A stretch of 64,000 nucleotides of DNA from an uncultured delta proteobacterium (GTDB taxonomy: Bacteria > Desulfobacterota > Binatia > UBA9968): contig CAWJBB010000040.1 of NCBI GenBank assembly GCA_963840855.1, positions 288,001-352,000 on the forward strand, in the 5' to 3' direction. Within the stretch, counting starts at the first letter, position 1. Every line of letters begins with the position of its first letter. Under the pieces are notes generated by a model. That model saw nothing but the letters and a program-made list of their open reading frames with translations. It made no database searches and was not told the origin of the DNA. Of the stretch, positions 30,433-41,934 are shown in pieces. The position numbers and the translations under genes were made by a program.

Positions 30433-31920
30433 TCAGCGCTGTGGTTTGAGCGCTAGAAAAAGCGTGCTTTCGCCGCGCCGCACCAAAAACAATACTCCGC
30501 GGCCTTTGCGGCTGCCGGCAATCGCATTGCGGTACTCCTCGACACCGCGCACCGGTTTACGGTCCACTTCCACGATCACGTCGCCGCGACGTACGCCCGC
30601 CTCATCGGCGGCGCTTCCCGGCTCCACGGCGGTCACCACCACGCCATCGGTTTTGTCCAGACCCAGGTTTTCGGCAAGCTGCGGCGTAAGCTTCTGCACC
30701 GTCATGCCGAGCTCGCCTTTTTCCGGCACGGAAGCCACCACTTCTTCGTCCTTCAACTCGCCCACCGCCACGTTAAGCATGACCTCTTTTTTGTCGCGCA
30801 GCACTTTCATGCGTATTTTCTTATCCACCGCCGTGCGCGCCACGATGATCGGCAAATCGCCCGAGTCTTTCACTTCTTTGCCGTCAAATTCCACGATGAC
30901 GTCGCCGACCTTGACGCCGGCTTTATCCGCTGGACCGTCTTTGGAAACGTTGGCGACTAGAGCGCCATAGCTGCGGTCCATGCCCAAGCTTTCGGCGATT
31001 TCCGGAGTGACTTTCTGGATCAGCACGCCGAGATAGCCGCGCGTAACTTTGCCTTTGCCGCGCAGTTGCGGCAACAGTTCTTTCGCCAAATTGATCGGGA
31101 TCGCGAAACCGATGCCCATATTGCCGCCGGTGCGGCTAAAAATCGCGGTATTGATGCCGATGACTTCGCCGCGCAAATTGATCAGCGGCCCGCCGGAATT
31201 ACCGGGATTGATCGAGGCGTCGGTCTGAATAAAATTGTCGTATGGCCCCTGGCCGATATGCCGGCCTTTGGCGCTCACGATTCCCGATGTAACGGTGCTG
31301 TCTAAACCAAAGGGATTGCCGATGGCGACCACCCACTCGCCGACATCCAGGTGATCGGAATCGCCCAAGCTCGCCGTCGTAAGCGCGACTTTCGCGTTGA
31401 TTTTGATGATAGCGATATCGGTTTTGGCGTCTCGACCCACGACCTTAGCTTCATATTCCTGATCGTCGGACAATTTCACGACGATCTTCTGGGCGTTTTC
31501 GACGACATGATTGTTAGTCAGGATAGACCCGTCGGCATCGATAATGAATCCTGAACCGAGGCTGCGCTGCCGCTGCGGGCCGCCGCGCGGCATGGGGCCG
31601 CCGAAGAAGCGCCGCCAAAAATCATTGAACGGATCGTCATCGCCGAAAGGGCTGCCAAATTCCTGCTGCCCGCGCGACTCGCTGACCTGAGTCGTTGAAA
31701 TGTTGACTACCACCGGCTTCATTCTCTTGGCAAGCGCGACAAAATCCGGCAACGCATTGCCCGTGCGGCCCTCAGGAGCGCTCTCACCGATCAGCGCGCG
31801 GCTGGGCGACAACCAGTCGAGACTACCGCTGATGCCGAGACCGACGACCAGGGATATCAGGGCCACCAACGCGGCGCCCTTAAGACTCACGTTGCCGCTC
31901 CAGGGTTTTTTCTCGTTCAT
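30433..31920 (-). CDS. degP: HtrA/DegP-DegQ serine protease with two PDZ domains
   Basis: TNNHV, DIA, GNSGGPL, two PDZ domains. Confidence 0.92.
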   Translation of the reverse strand: MNEKKPWSGNVSLKGAALVALISLVVGLGISGSLDWLSPSRALIGESAPEGRTGNALPDFVALAKRMKPVVVNISTTQVSESRGQQEFGSPFGDDDPFNDFWRRFFGGPMPRGGPQRQRSLGSGFIIDADGSILTNNHVVENAQKIVVKLSDDQEYEAKVVGRDAKTDIAIIKINAKVALTTASLGDSDHLDVGEWVVAIGNPFGLDSTVTSGIVSAKGRHIGQGPYDNFIQTDASINPGNSGGPLINLRGEVIGINTAIFSRTGGNMGIGFAIPINLAKELLPQLRGKGKVTRGYLGVLIQKVTPEIAESLGMDRSYGALVANVSKDGPADKAGVKVGDVIVEFDGKEVKDSGDLPIIVARTAVDKKIRMKVLRDKKEVMLNVAVGELKDEEVVASVPEKGELGMTVQKLTPQLAENLGLDKTDGVVVTAVEPGSAADEAGVRRGDVIVEVDRKPVRGVEEYRNAIAGSRKGRGVLFLVRRGESTLFLALKPQR

Positions 31921-31928
31921 CGACTTTC

Positions 31929-32354
31929 CTATTTCTTCTTTACAGCCTCGACGTACTTCATGCGCAGGTCGAAAAGAATATCTTCCGTCAATCTTTCTTC
32001 TCCGGCGTTCAAATTACCTTGGGTCTTGTCTTTTAGCATCCCGATGATGTCGATCATCTGCTTGGCCACCGGAATATCTTTGTTATCTTTACCGCTCAGT
32101 GGGTCGGCGATCTCGCCCAAATGCATTAACGCTTGCGTGCTCAGGCTGATGATGAACGTGGAAAAATTGATCGCGGGCAACGGCTCCTGGGACTGCGGCG
32201 CATCGTGTTCAGCCTCCGGTTGACCCGGGGCGGATTCAACCCGTGTCGTATCACGGTTCTCCTGGGAATCTTCGCGGGCTTCACCCGTCTCTGGCGAGAA
32301 CCGCCGCCGGTCTTGGACCGTAAATCCTTTTCCCGTTTCCTCTTCACTGGCCAT
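31929..32354 (-). CDS. DUF1844-like protein
   Basis: F.V.DRRRF, ALMHLG, ID...ML..KT.GNL pattern. Confidence 0.8.
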   Translation of the reverse strand: MASEEETGKGFTVQDRRRFSPETGEAREDSQENRDTTRVESAPGQPEAEHDAPQSQEPLPAINFSTFIISLSTQALMHLGEIADPLSGKDNKDIPVAKQMIDIIGMLKDKTQGNLNAGEERLTEDILFDLRMKYVEAVKKK

Positions 32355-32374
32355 ATGCGACACCTCGTTTAGAG

Positions 32375-32427
32375 AAAAAATGCCTGGAAATGGTTCCCGT
32401 CACAATTTGTGGCGGATTTCCAGGCAT
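32375..32427 (-). terminator. Terminator-like long hairpin in the 5' leader of DUF1844-degP
   Basis: 12-bp perfect arms ATGCCTGGAAAT (32380-32391) / ATTTCCAGGCAT (32416-32427), inner stem, U-tract on the minus strand. Confidence 0.65.
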
Positions 32428-32540
32428 CGTTTAGAGAGCTAGTAGAGATAATTCTAGTCAGCCAATGGTCTGCCACGGAACGACGGATTTTCCCTTAGCT
32501 CGCATTCTCTTTCATCGGATCGGCCTGACTGCTAGATTAA

Positions 32541-32569
32541 ACTCTAATCCCTACCCCCCCTCATGTCAA
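32541..32569 (-). promoter_or_regulatory. Sigma70 promoter for the DUF1844-degP leader
   Basis: TTGACA-N17-TAGAGT on the minus strand. Confidence 0.65.
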
Positions 32570-33547
32570 GGTGGTTATCTCAGCGTGATGTTCCAACTCG
32601 CCGATGACCTTTTCCGGCAAAAACTCCGTGAGACATTTTCTATGCGGGCAACTTTTCATAACGTCGAGATCGCATGGCGAGCAAGCAACATCAAGACTCA
32701 GCAGCCGGACTTTGGGGCCTCTGGGCGCCCAGCGCCGCGCGTCCGAAGGACCGAACAATGCCACGGTCGGCGCGCCAACGGCGGCTGCAAGGTGGGTAAT
32801 ACCGCTGTCGTTGCCGAGATAGAGGTCGCCGCGGCACAGTAATGCCGCGACTTGAGCCAGGTTCAAATTCTGCGCCGAGATGAAGTCAACGGCCAAAGCG
32901 TCAAGGCCGCCCCGCTCCTGTTCCGCCGGGCCGAGAAGAACAATCACTGCGCCGCCGCTACGCCCGCGCCACCACCGGGCAACCGCGGCGAAGTAAGCTG
33001 CCGGCCAGTTTTTCTCCCTGGCGCCGCTTCCAGGCGTCAACACGAGCACCGCTTTTTCCTTGAGCGCATATCGGTCCCAGAACTCTTCGCGCCATTTAAC
33101 GGCTTCGGGCCGGAGCGGAATGTTTACAGCGCCGCAATGGTTTTGGGGAAATCCGAGGCACGATAGATAGTAATCTGTTTGATGCGTCGTTGAGTTCGCG
33201 CCGCGAAACGCGAACAGCCGCGCCCGTCCCGCCGCTACCGCGCCGAGTCCTTCGGCGAAAACAGGCAGACTGCTCCCCGTCCACGAGTAAATCCGCTCGT
33301 AGGGCGAAAAAAAATCGCGCACGCGCCGTTCGAAAGCGCCGCCGGCGACAAACAGCCGGTTAATCTCATATCGTTCTAGCGTGCCAACTGGAATATCTCG
33401 AGGCACGATATCGGCAAATTCAGTTTTGGCAAACACTTCGAGCTGCGCGTTCTTGGCCAGCGCGTGGAGAGCGGGAATCAAACAGACGAAATCCCCCAAC
33501 GCGCCGGGGAAGAGAACGGCGATACGCGGCTTGTTTAGGTCGGTCAT
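32561..33547 (-). CDS. Glycosyltransferase family 9 (heptosyltransferase-like)
   Basis: GALGD, PGS...KNWP, GNDSG..HLAAA, ALFGP. Confidence 0.9.
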   Translation of the reverse strand: MTDLNKPRIAVLFPGALGDFVCLIPALHALAKNAQLEVFAKTEFADIVPRDIPVGTLERYEINRLFVAGGAFERRVRDFFSPYERIYSWTGSSLPVFAEGLGAVAAGRARLFAFRGANSTTHQTDYYLSCLGFPQNHCGAVNIPLRPEAVKWREEFWDRYALKEKAVLVLTPGSGAREKNWPAAYFAAVARWWRGRSGGAVIVLLGPAEQERGGLDALAVDFISAQNLNLAQVAALLCRGDLYLGNDSGITHLAAAVGAPTVALFGPSDARRWAPRGPKVRLLSLDVACSPCDLDVMKSCPHRKCLTEFLPEKVIGELEHHAEITTLT

Positions 33548-33554
33548 GGGTCAG

Positions 33555-33713
33555 TAGTGTGGTGTGCACATAATTCAATCGTCATTCCGGGCAAGCTGGC
33601 GATAGCTAGCGCGATCCGGAATCCAGGAAAATCAACTAACTCTGGATGCTTTCGCGGGCATGACGGTGAGAGACCACCGACTTCTTTTACGAACATTCGT
33701 TCCAGGACACTAG
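33555..33713. mobile_element. MITE-like element with internal GTCATTCC...GGAATCC...ATGAC palindrome
   Basis: Imperfect terminal repeats TAGTGT...TTC / GAA...ACACTAG around nested hairpins. Confidence 0.55.
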
Positions 33714-33759
33714 AGCACTTTCCAAAACTGTTCTGGACAGTTTCACAGCTTACGTTTCA

Positions 33760-33788
33760 TTGACAATACTAGAGCAAGCATATAGCAT
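33760..33788 (+). promoter_or_regulatory. Sigma70 promoter of cysK with overlapping imperfect palindrome
   Basis: TTGACA-N17-TAGCAT; AATACTAGA-N7-TATAGCATT dyad (possible Rrf2-type operator, inference). Confidence 0.6.
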
Positions 33789-33840
33789 TATTTCTTAACC
33801 GATTCGAACTTCACTCCCATCAAGAGAAACGAGCATAACT

Positions 33841-34794
33841 GTGGCAAGGATGAACGGCGCCCGATCCATTTTGGATTTGATCGGCTCCACTCCGGTCGTC
33901 AAGCTGAGAAACATTCCGGGTAAAGACGACGCCGAGGTGTGGGCCAAAATGGAATCATTCAACCCCGGCGGCTCCGTCAAAGACCGAATTTGTTTCAATA
34001 TGATCGAGTGCGCTGAGCGCGAGGGTAAAATCAAGCCCGGCGCCACCATCGTCGAACCCACCAGCGGCAACACCGGCATCGGCCTGGCGCTGATCGCGGC
34101 CGTGAAGGGTTACCGGCTGATTTTAACCATGCCCGACACCATGAGCGAAGAACGGCGCAGCCTCCTCGCCGCCTACGGCGCCCAATTGATTTTGACTCCG
34201 GATACCAAAGGCATGGGGGGCGCGATCCACAAGGCCGAAGAGTTGATACAACAGCATAGCGATTATTACATGCCACAGCAGTTCAACAACCCGGCAAATC
34301 CGGAAATGCACCGCAAAACTACGGCGGTGGAGCTGCTGAAACAGTTCAAGCGCATCGACGCATTCGTCGCCGGCGTAGGAACCGGCGGCACCATCACCGG
34401 CGTCGGGGAAGTTTTTAAAGACAAAATGAAAAACGTCCACATCGTGGCGGTGGAGCCGGCGTCCTCGCCCGTGATTTCCGGCGGCGAGCCCGGCTACCAT
34501 AAAATCCAGGGCATTGGCGCTGGGTTCATCCCTGCGGTGCTAAACCGCGACATTTTGGACGAGATCATAAGGGTCAGCGACGAAGAAGCGATTACTCACG
34601 CCCGCCGCTTGGCGGCACAGGAAGGCCTGCTCGTCGGTATTTCCTCCGGCGCGGCTTGCGCTGCGGCGCTGAAGGTCGCCAAGACTCTGGGGAAAGGCCA
34701 TGTCGTGGTCACCATTTTCGCCGATAAAGGCGAACACTATCTGAGTACCGATTTGTTCGGCGACAAGCGATGGACACAAAGCTCGACCAACTAG
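33841..34794 (+). CDS. cysK: Cysteine synthase A
   Basis: [36 protein letters not shown]. Confidence 0.95.
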   Translation: MARMNGARSILDLIGSTPVVKLRNIPGKDDAEVWAKMESFNPGGSVKDRICFNMIECAEREGKIKPGATIVEPTSGNTGIGLALIAAVKGYRLILTMPDTMSEERRSLLAAYGAQLILTPDTKGMGGAIHKAEELIQQHSDYYMPQQFNNPANPEMHRKTTAVELLKQFKRIDAFVAGVGTGGTITGVGEVFKDKMKNVHIVAVEPASSPVISGGEPGYHKIQGIGAGFIPAVLNRDILDEIIRVSDEEAITHARRLAAQEGLLVGISSGAACAAALKVAKTLGKGHVVVTIFADKGEHYLSTDLFGDKRWTQSSTN

Positions 34795-35582
34795 AGAGCA
34801 TCCTCCGTCAAACCGGCGGCGTCATGGTGGCGTTTTCGGCGGGCGTCGACTCGACTTTCCTGCTGAAAGTTGCCCACAGCGTCCTTGGTGACCAGGCTGT
34901 CGCGTTGACCGCTTCTTCTCCCACCGTGGCGCCGGGAGAACTCGATGCCGCTAAGGAATTCGCCGGCGGCTTGGGCTGCCGTCACATCATCGTAGAATCG
35001 CACGAGCTCGCCAACCCTTCCTTCTCGCAGAACCCGGCGAATCGCTGTTTTTTCTGCAAAGACGAGCTGTATCGAATCTGCCGGGATCAGGCGCGCCAGA
35101 TCGGCATCAATGTCATCGTCGATGGCACCAATCTGGACGACCTCAAGGATCACCGCCCAGGCCTCAAAGCCGCCAACGCATTTGGCATACGTCACCCGCT
35201 AGTGGAAGCCGCGCTGACCAAAGACGATATCCGCCGCTATAGCCGGGAGCTGAGCCTGCCGACCTGGGATAAGCCGTCGAGCCCCTGCCTCTCGTCGCGT
35301 TTTCCCTATGGCACGGAAATCAATCTCGAACGGCTGAAGAAAATCGCCGCTTGCGAAGTTTTCCTGAAAGAACTTCGTTTTCGCGAATTTCGCGTGCGCT
35401 ACCACGGCGATCTCGCGCGCATCGAGGTCGCCCCCGGTGAGCTCGAGCGGTTGATGGAAAAAAATACCCGGGAGGCCGTGGTGCGCAGATTCAAAGAGGT
35501 AGGTTTCAACTATATCAGCCTTGATTTGCAAGGCTACCGCACGGGCAGCATGAACGAGGCGCTCGCCGCGAAACCGGGTTAG
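34770..35582 (+). CDS. larE: ATP-dependent sulfur transferase LarE
   Basis: [10 protein letters not shown]-loop, [20 protein letters not shown]. Confidence 0.9.
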   Translation: MDTKLDQLESILRQTGGVMVAFSAGVDSTFLLKVAHSVLGDQAVALTASSPTVAPGELDAAKEFAGGLGCRHIIVESHELANPSFSQNPANRCFFCKDELYRICRDQARQIGINVIVDGTNLDDLKDHRPGLKAANAFGIRHPLVEAALTKDDIRRYSRELSLPTWDKPSSPCLSSRFPYGTEINLERLKKIAACEVFLKELRFREFRVRYHGDLARIEVAPGELERLMEKNTREAVVRRFKEVGFNYISLDLQGYRTGSMNEALAAKPG

Positions 35583-36278
35583 GGAATCCGCCCTTGGCGG
35601 ATCAAAGTTTCAGCAAGCCAGATATCGTCCGGCACGGTAATTTTGAAATTGGTCCTTTCGCCGTCGAGGAGAAAGACTCTCTCGCCTTTTTTTTCCACCA
35701 GCATTGCGTCATCGGTCGCCTCAATTTTCTCCCGCGCGGCCCAGGCATGGGCCGCCGAGATGATCTCGCGCTTGAATACCTGCGGGGTCTGAATCTCCCA
35801 TAAGGAATCGCGCCGCGGCGTGGTTTCAATCCAATGGTCCGCGGCGACGATTTTGATCGTATCCCGCACCGGCAACCCGACCACTACCGCCCCCTTGTCG
35901 CGGGCAACTTCAACGGAGCGATCGATGAGCTCCGGCGACACAAATGGCCTGGCGCCGTCGTGTATCGCGATGATCTCGGCGTCATCGCCGGCCTTTTCCA
36001 GACCTCGCCTTACCGATTCCTGCCTGGTGGCGCCACCGCTCTGTAAAACCCACGGGCGATTTCTCGACGTCGCGTCCGCCTGAAGCATCGCTTCCGCATG
36101 GGACAGTTGATCGGCGGCAACAACGACAACGATTCTGCCGATGGTACGCGCTGAGTAGAACCGGTCCATGAGTGCGCAGCATCATCGCCCGGCCGCAAAG
36201 CGGCAGAAAAATCTTCGGCGGATTACCCCCGATTCTGCGGCCTTCGCCGGCGGCGACGATTATCGCGATGGCGTCCAT
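35579..36278 (-). CDS. ispD: 2-C-methyl-D-erythritol 4-phosphate cytidylyltransferase, frameshift about 36170
   Basis: AAGEGRR, GG.TRQES, IHDGARP, QTPQ, TDDA, NFKIT. Confidence 0.93.
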
Positions 36279-36292
36279 TATTTAGTAAAAAC

Positions 36293-36323
36293 AAAAAAAG
36301 CCGAGGGATACTTCCCTTCGGCT
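36293..36323 (-). terminator. Intrinsic terminator after carD
   Basis: AGCCGAGGGA...TCCCTTCGGCT hairpin with a U-tract on the minus strand. Confidence 0.75.
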
Positions 36324-36358
36324 CTTTCTAGCGGTCAATTTATGAATCGGCCAGTAAC

Positions 36359-36841
36359 TCAGTGCGTAAATATATGGCGCAGTTCCTCCATGATCTTTTC
36401 CTCGGAATGCGCCCGCGCGATGGATAATTCCTTCACCAGAAGATTGCGCGCGGTGTCGAGCATTTTCCGCTCGCCGAAGGAAAGCTCCTTGTCGCCCTTG
36501 AGCACGAAAAGGTCGCGCAGCACCGTGGCGATTTCGAGCACGGAGCCCGTTTTGATTTTCTCCGTATATTCACGATAGCGTCGATTCCATGTCTGTTGAT
36601 CCGTTTCAACCTTTTTTTGCCGCAAAATTTTGTAGACCTTTGTAACCATCGCGCGGTCGATCACTTTGCGCAACCCCACCGAGTCGACATTGTCGATGGG
36701 AATCATAATCTTCATACCGGTTTCAAGAATTCGCATCATGTAAAACTTCTTCTCGGTACCGGAGATGGCGTTGGTCCGTATCGCCTCGATTTCCCCCACT
36801 CCATGAGCGGGGTATACTACCTTCTCACCTACTTTGAACAT
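36359..36841 (-). CDS. carD: CarD/CdnL transcription regulator
   Basis: VVYPAHGVG, WNRRYR, LSFGERKM; carD-ispD synteny. Confidence 0.95.
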   Translation of the reverse strand: MFKVGEKVVYPAHGVGEIEAIRTNAISGTEKKFYMMRILETGMKIMIPIDNVDSVGLRKVIDRAMVTKVYKILRQKKVETDQQTWNRRYREYTEKIKTGSVLEIATVLRDLFVLKGDKELSFGERKMLDTARNLLVKELSIARAHSEEKIMEELRHIFTH

Positions 36842-37211
36842 CGGAAACCTCCTCGCGAAGACGAGACCCGACTCGTAATCGGCCTTTCGTGTAAGATGGC
36901 TGTTTGGATTGTTTGGCAGAAGAGCAGTGATTTTGGTCGGAACAGTGGCGTAAATACTATTCGGCGCGGGTAATGCGTTCCAATTAACATGCCGTTTTTT
37001 GCCACATAGTCAACAAACAATCGGCCTACTTACGGCCCGCTCATTTGCTGTAACGTACCTTTAACTTATACACCACGATTTGCGGGGCCGTCAAGAGAAC
37101 CGCTGTAGAGACAAAAGAAATAGAAATGACTTTTCAATAGATTAGGCGTTAACTATTCATGCCTAAACGTTCTCTTTTGGCAGGCAAGAATAGCGGGCTG
37201 AATGCCGGTCG

Positions 37212-39189
<1,978 letters not shown>

Positions 39190-39248
39190 TCAATGTTTCG
39201 CGCCCTTCTTGAATGTCGCGAAAGGATCATGTTAGCTAATTCCTCTGG

Positions 39249-39324
39249 GGCGGCGTACCCAAGTGGTTAAGGGAGAGGTCTGCAAAACCTCGATGCAGCG
39301 GTTCGAATCCGCTCGCCGCCTCCA
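39249..39324 (+). tRNA. tRNA-Cys (GCA)
   Basis: Acceptor stem GGCGGCG/CGCCGCC, U73, encoded CCA, anticodon GCA at 39282-39284, GGTTCGAATCC T-arm. Confidence 0.97.
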
Positions 39325-39542
39325 ATTTCTTATCGAATACCAATCGCCTCCTTTTTCCTCGCGTAAACTGAGTGTAAGCTTCCTCGCTGATTTAGAGTCG
39401 GCACGCCAGGGCTTCGCCGCCCGTTATCAGGCGGCCGCCATATTTACGGGCTGTCCTGGAGTGAGCAATCCTGCATTTCCAAGAGTTTTAAGTCGCTTTT
39501 CATCATACTCGCGTGCGGCATACCGCTAGCTTTACCCGGTGC

Positions 39543-39812
39543 ATGGACCCACTGCTCACTTTTAAGGCGGTAAGCCTTTCGGTAATCGCACTATGTGCAT
39601 TGACGGGGCTTTTCCTCTTATTGATTTCTGCAAGGAAAGAACGCGATTTTGGCCCTCCGCTCAAAGGCGTCGTCATGTTTGCCTTTGTCGTTGTGGGGCT
39701 ATGCGCCGCTCTGGCCCTTTTGTTCGCTTATCAACTTCAGAAGCAGATCTCAGAAGTCCAGCGATTGGATAGGGTCGATTTTCGAACCACACTCACAGCG
39801 CGACAGTCATGA
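39543..39812 (+). CDS. Small two-TM hypothetical protein
   Basis: Two hydrophobic helices; ATGA overlap with the next ORF. Confidence 0.6.
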   Translation: MDPLLTFKAVSLSVIALCALTGLFLLLISARKERDFGPPLKGVVMFAFVVVGLCAALALLFAYQLQKQISEVQRLDRVDFRTTLTARQS

Positions 39813-40123
39813 CGGCCATCGAAGAGAAAACCCGGTTCTTGCTCATCCTGAATGTACTTCTTCAACTCCTTGACGGGAGCGTTTCTTACGGGCTGATGTC
39901 GCTGGGCGGGGCGCAGGCAAGTCCATTTGTCAATGCCGCGCTGGAGAGTCAGCGAATCATGAGCGGTTTGCTCTACAATAAAGCCCTAGCCTGTACTTTG
40001 TTATTCCTGATTTATGTTTTGAGATACAGGCGCGAAGTCATGGCCGCCAATGCACTGACGATAACTGCCTGCGTTTATACCTGCCACAGCGCGGCTTTCA
40101 TGTGGAAATTGTGGCTCCGGTAA
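39809..40123 (+). CDS. Small membrane protein (DUF5658-like)
   Basis: LN..LQ..DG..SY...G..A.P pattern; 3 TM helices. Confidence 0.6.
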   Translation: MTAIEEKTRFLLILNVLLQLLDGSVSYGLMSLGGAQASPFVNAALESQRIMSGLLYNKALACTLLFLIYVLRYRREVMAANALTITACVYTCHSAAFMWKLWLR

Positions 40124-40159
40124 ACCCGAGTCACTGCTCATACGCGGCAGATGCCTTAA

Positions 40160-40600
40160 TCATGCATACGTCTCAAGTTTACGCACCAGCGAACGGACAA
40201 CTGCCGACGGTATCCAACTGTTTGCCTTTAGAGGACTAGGTATGCCAAAAGCGAGCAGCATTTTTAATGCAGCCATTTGATGAATCGTCATATTCGTTGA
40301 CTGTAATTTGACAGCCACCACGTTTCCAAAATGCGCAGCTAAGCCGGCAAACTCGAGCATCGGATCGAGCTTGCCTTCCTCGTCCAATTGTCGGGCGTCG
40401 TCGTAGCCGCCTATGGGATTGCCATCGATAAAGATTTGCGGCACCGTGTAGCGCCCGGAGAGCCTTTCCATCTCAGCTCTTCGCTCAGGGGCGTGGGTCA
40501 CGTTTATCTCTTCGAACTCCACGTTCTTGGAACGCAGCAAGGACTTGGCGCCGAAACAATAAGGGCAATAGTTGGCTGTATAGATGACGACTCGCGCCAT
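40160..40600 (-). CDS. grxC: Glutaredoxin 3 (C-terminal extension probably a frameshift artefact, true end about 40339)
   Basis: CPYC, TVPQIFI, IGGYDD. Confidence 0.9.
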   Translation of the reverse strand: MARVVIYTANYCPYCFGAKSLLRSKNVEFEEINVTHAPERRAEMERLSGRYTVPQIFIDGNPIGGYDDARQLDEEGKLDPMLEFAGLAAHFGNVVAVKLQSTNMTIHQMAALKMLLAFGIPSPLKANSWIPSAVVRSLVRKLETYA

Positions 40601-40683
40601 AGGATTACAACTCCGTTTCGCTGGCTATGATAATACCTCGACGGCTGCTTGAAAGCCCACGGCTATTTTGCCATTAGTGAGCG

Positions 40684-41280
40684 GTGAAGTTAATCGGTCT
40701 GACCGGCGGCATCGCGTCGGGTAAAAGCACCGTTGCGGCGATATTGCGGCGACTCGGCACGGCCATCGTTAATGCCGATGAACTATCTCGCGAGGTCGTC
40801 CAGCCCGATAAGGAGGGCTGGAGAGAAATTGTTAACGCCTTTGGCGCGGAAGTCCTCCAGCCCGACCGAACTATCGACCGCCAGAAACTCAGGAAAATCA
40901 TTTTTAGCGACCCGGAGGCGCGCAAAAAACTCGAAGTGATCATCCACCCGCGGGTTCGCGCCCTGGCGAAAGAGCGCTTCCGAGAGCATGCCGCCGCCGG
41001 TTTCGAGATTGTCGTTTACGAAGTGCCGCTCCTCTTCGAGGGCAACCTGGAGGACTCGCTACGCCCGGTTGTCTTAGTCGCCGCGGACTTCGCGACTCAG
41101 AAAAAAAGGCTGCAAGACAGAGACCACCTCACGGAATCCGAAGCGGAGAAGCACATCGCGGCGCAGATGAGCTTGGAGGAGAAGCGCCGCCTGGCCGATT
41201 TTGTGATCGAGAACGACGGCAGTCTCGATGATCTTGAGCAGCGGGTCCAGGAGGTATTGGCCAAGATCAGAGTTACTTGA
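40684..41280 (+). CDS. coaE: Dephospho-CoA kinase
   Basis: GLTGGIASGKS, IIHPRV, EVPLLFE. Confidence 0.96.
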   Translation: MKLIGLTGGIASGKSTVAAILRRLGTAIVNADELSREVVQPDKEGWREIVNAFGAEVLQPDRTIDRQKLRKIIFSDPEARKKLEVIIHPRVRALAKERFREHAAAGFEIVVYEVPLLFEGNLEDSLRPVVLVAADFATQKKRLQDRDHLTESEAEKHIAAQMSLEEKRRLADFVIENDGSLDDLEQRVQEVLAKIRVT

Positions 41281-41833
41281 CCCGTTCGAGATAGCTCCCA
41301 TCGGATGGATCGACGCGAACTTTGTCGCCGACTTGAACGAACGGCGGCACCTGGACGGTCACGCCGGTCTCCAATTTCGCCGGTTTGTAAGAGGCGCTCG
41401 CCGTGGCGCCCTTCATCGACGGCTCGGTATCGATAACCTCTAAATCTACCGTCCCAGGCGGGTTGATTCCCACTGGCTTGCCGTCATGGAATTCGATGCC
41501 GACAATGGAATTGGGCAATAGAAAAGATAAAAGAGCGCCTATGTCTTCCGACGTCAAAGCCATCTGTTCGTAGTTTTCAGTGTCCATGAACATGTGCAGG
41601 TCGCCCTCGGCGTAGAGATATTGCATTTGCCGGTTATCCAAGATCGCCTGATCGACGCGATCTTCCGAGCGAAACTTGTATTCGGTGCCGATGCCGGTGC
41701 GAAGATTTTTCATCTTGGTTTGCATGAATCCCCGTTTATTGCCGGGGGTCAGGTGATGCACCGCAGTGACGCGAAACAAATCCCCTTCGTGAATGATGAT
41801 CATCCCCGGCCTCAATTGCGTTGCTTGAACCAT
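41273..41833 (-). CDS. efp: Elongation factor P
   Basis: QYLY, FMD.ENYEQ, KPA.LETG..VQVP.F; loop TPGNKRG. Confidence 0.95.
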   Translation of the reverse strand: MVQATQLRPGMIIIHEGDLFRVTAVHHLTPGNKRGFMQTKMKNLRTGIGTEYKFRSEDRVDQAILDNRQMQYLYAEGDLHMFMDTENYEQMALTSEDIGALLSFLLPNSIVGIEFHDGKPVGINPPGTVDLEVIDTEPSMKGATASASYKPAKLETGVTVQVPPFVQVGDKVRVDPSDGSYLERVK

Positions 41834-41934
41834 CTTATAAATACCTTCCTTAGTCGACCTGTGATTGAGTTAACGCGTTCGGTTCAGGAGTTCAAAGTCA
41901 CTCCTCCGGCTTCTTGCCGAGCGCCGACTCCCGG

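Noticed and set aside
32460-32475. Sigma54 promoter TGGCAGA-N4-TGGCT (minus strand)
   Set aside because: Several mismatches to consensus, and it lies inside the predicted leader of a better sigma70 promoter.
39249-39324. Prophage or island attachment site at tRNA-Cys
   Set aside because: No integrase and no duplicated tRNA 3' end seen in the window.
40160-40340. Novel C-terminal domain on glutaredoxin
   Set aside because: Removing one T after DPML ends the protein at normal GrxC length, and the extension looks non-coding.
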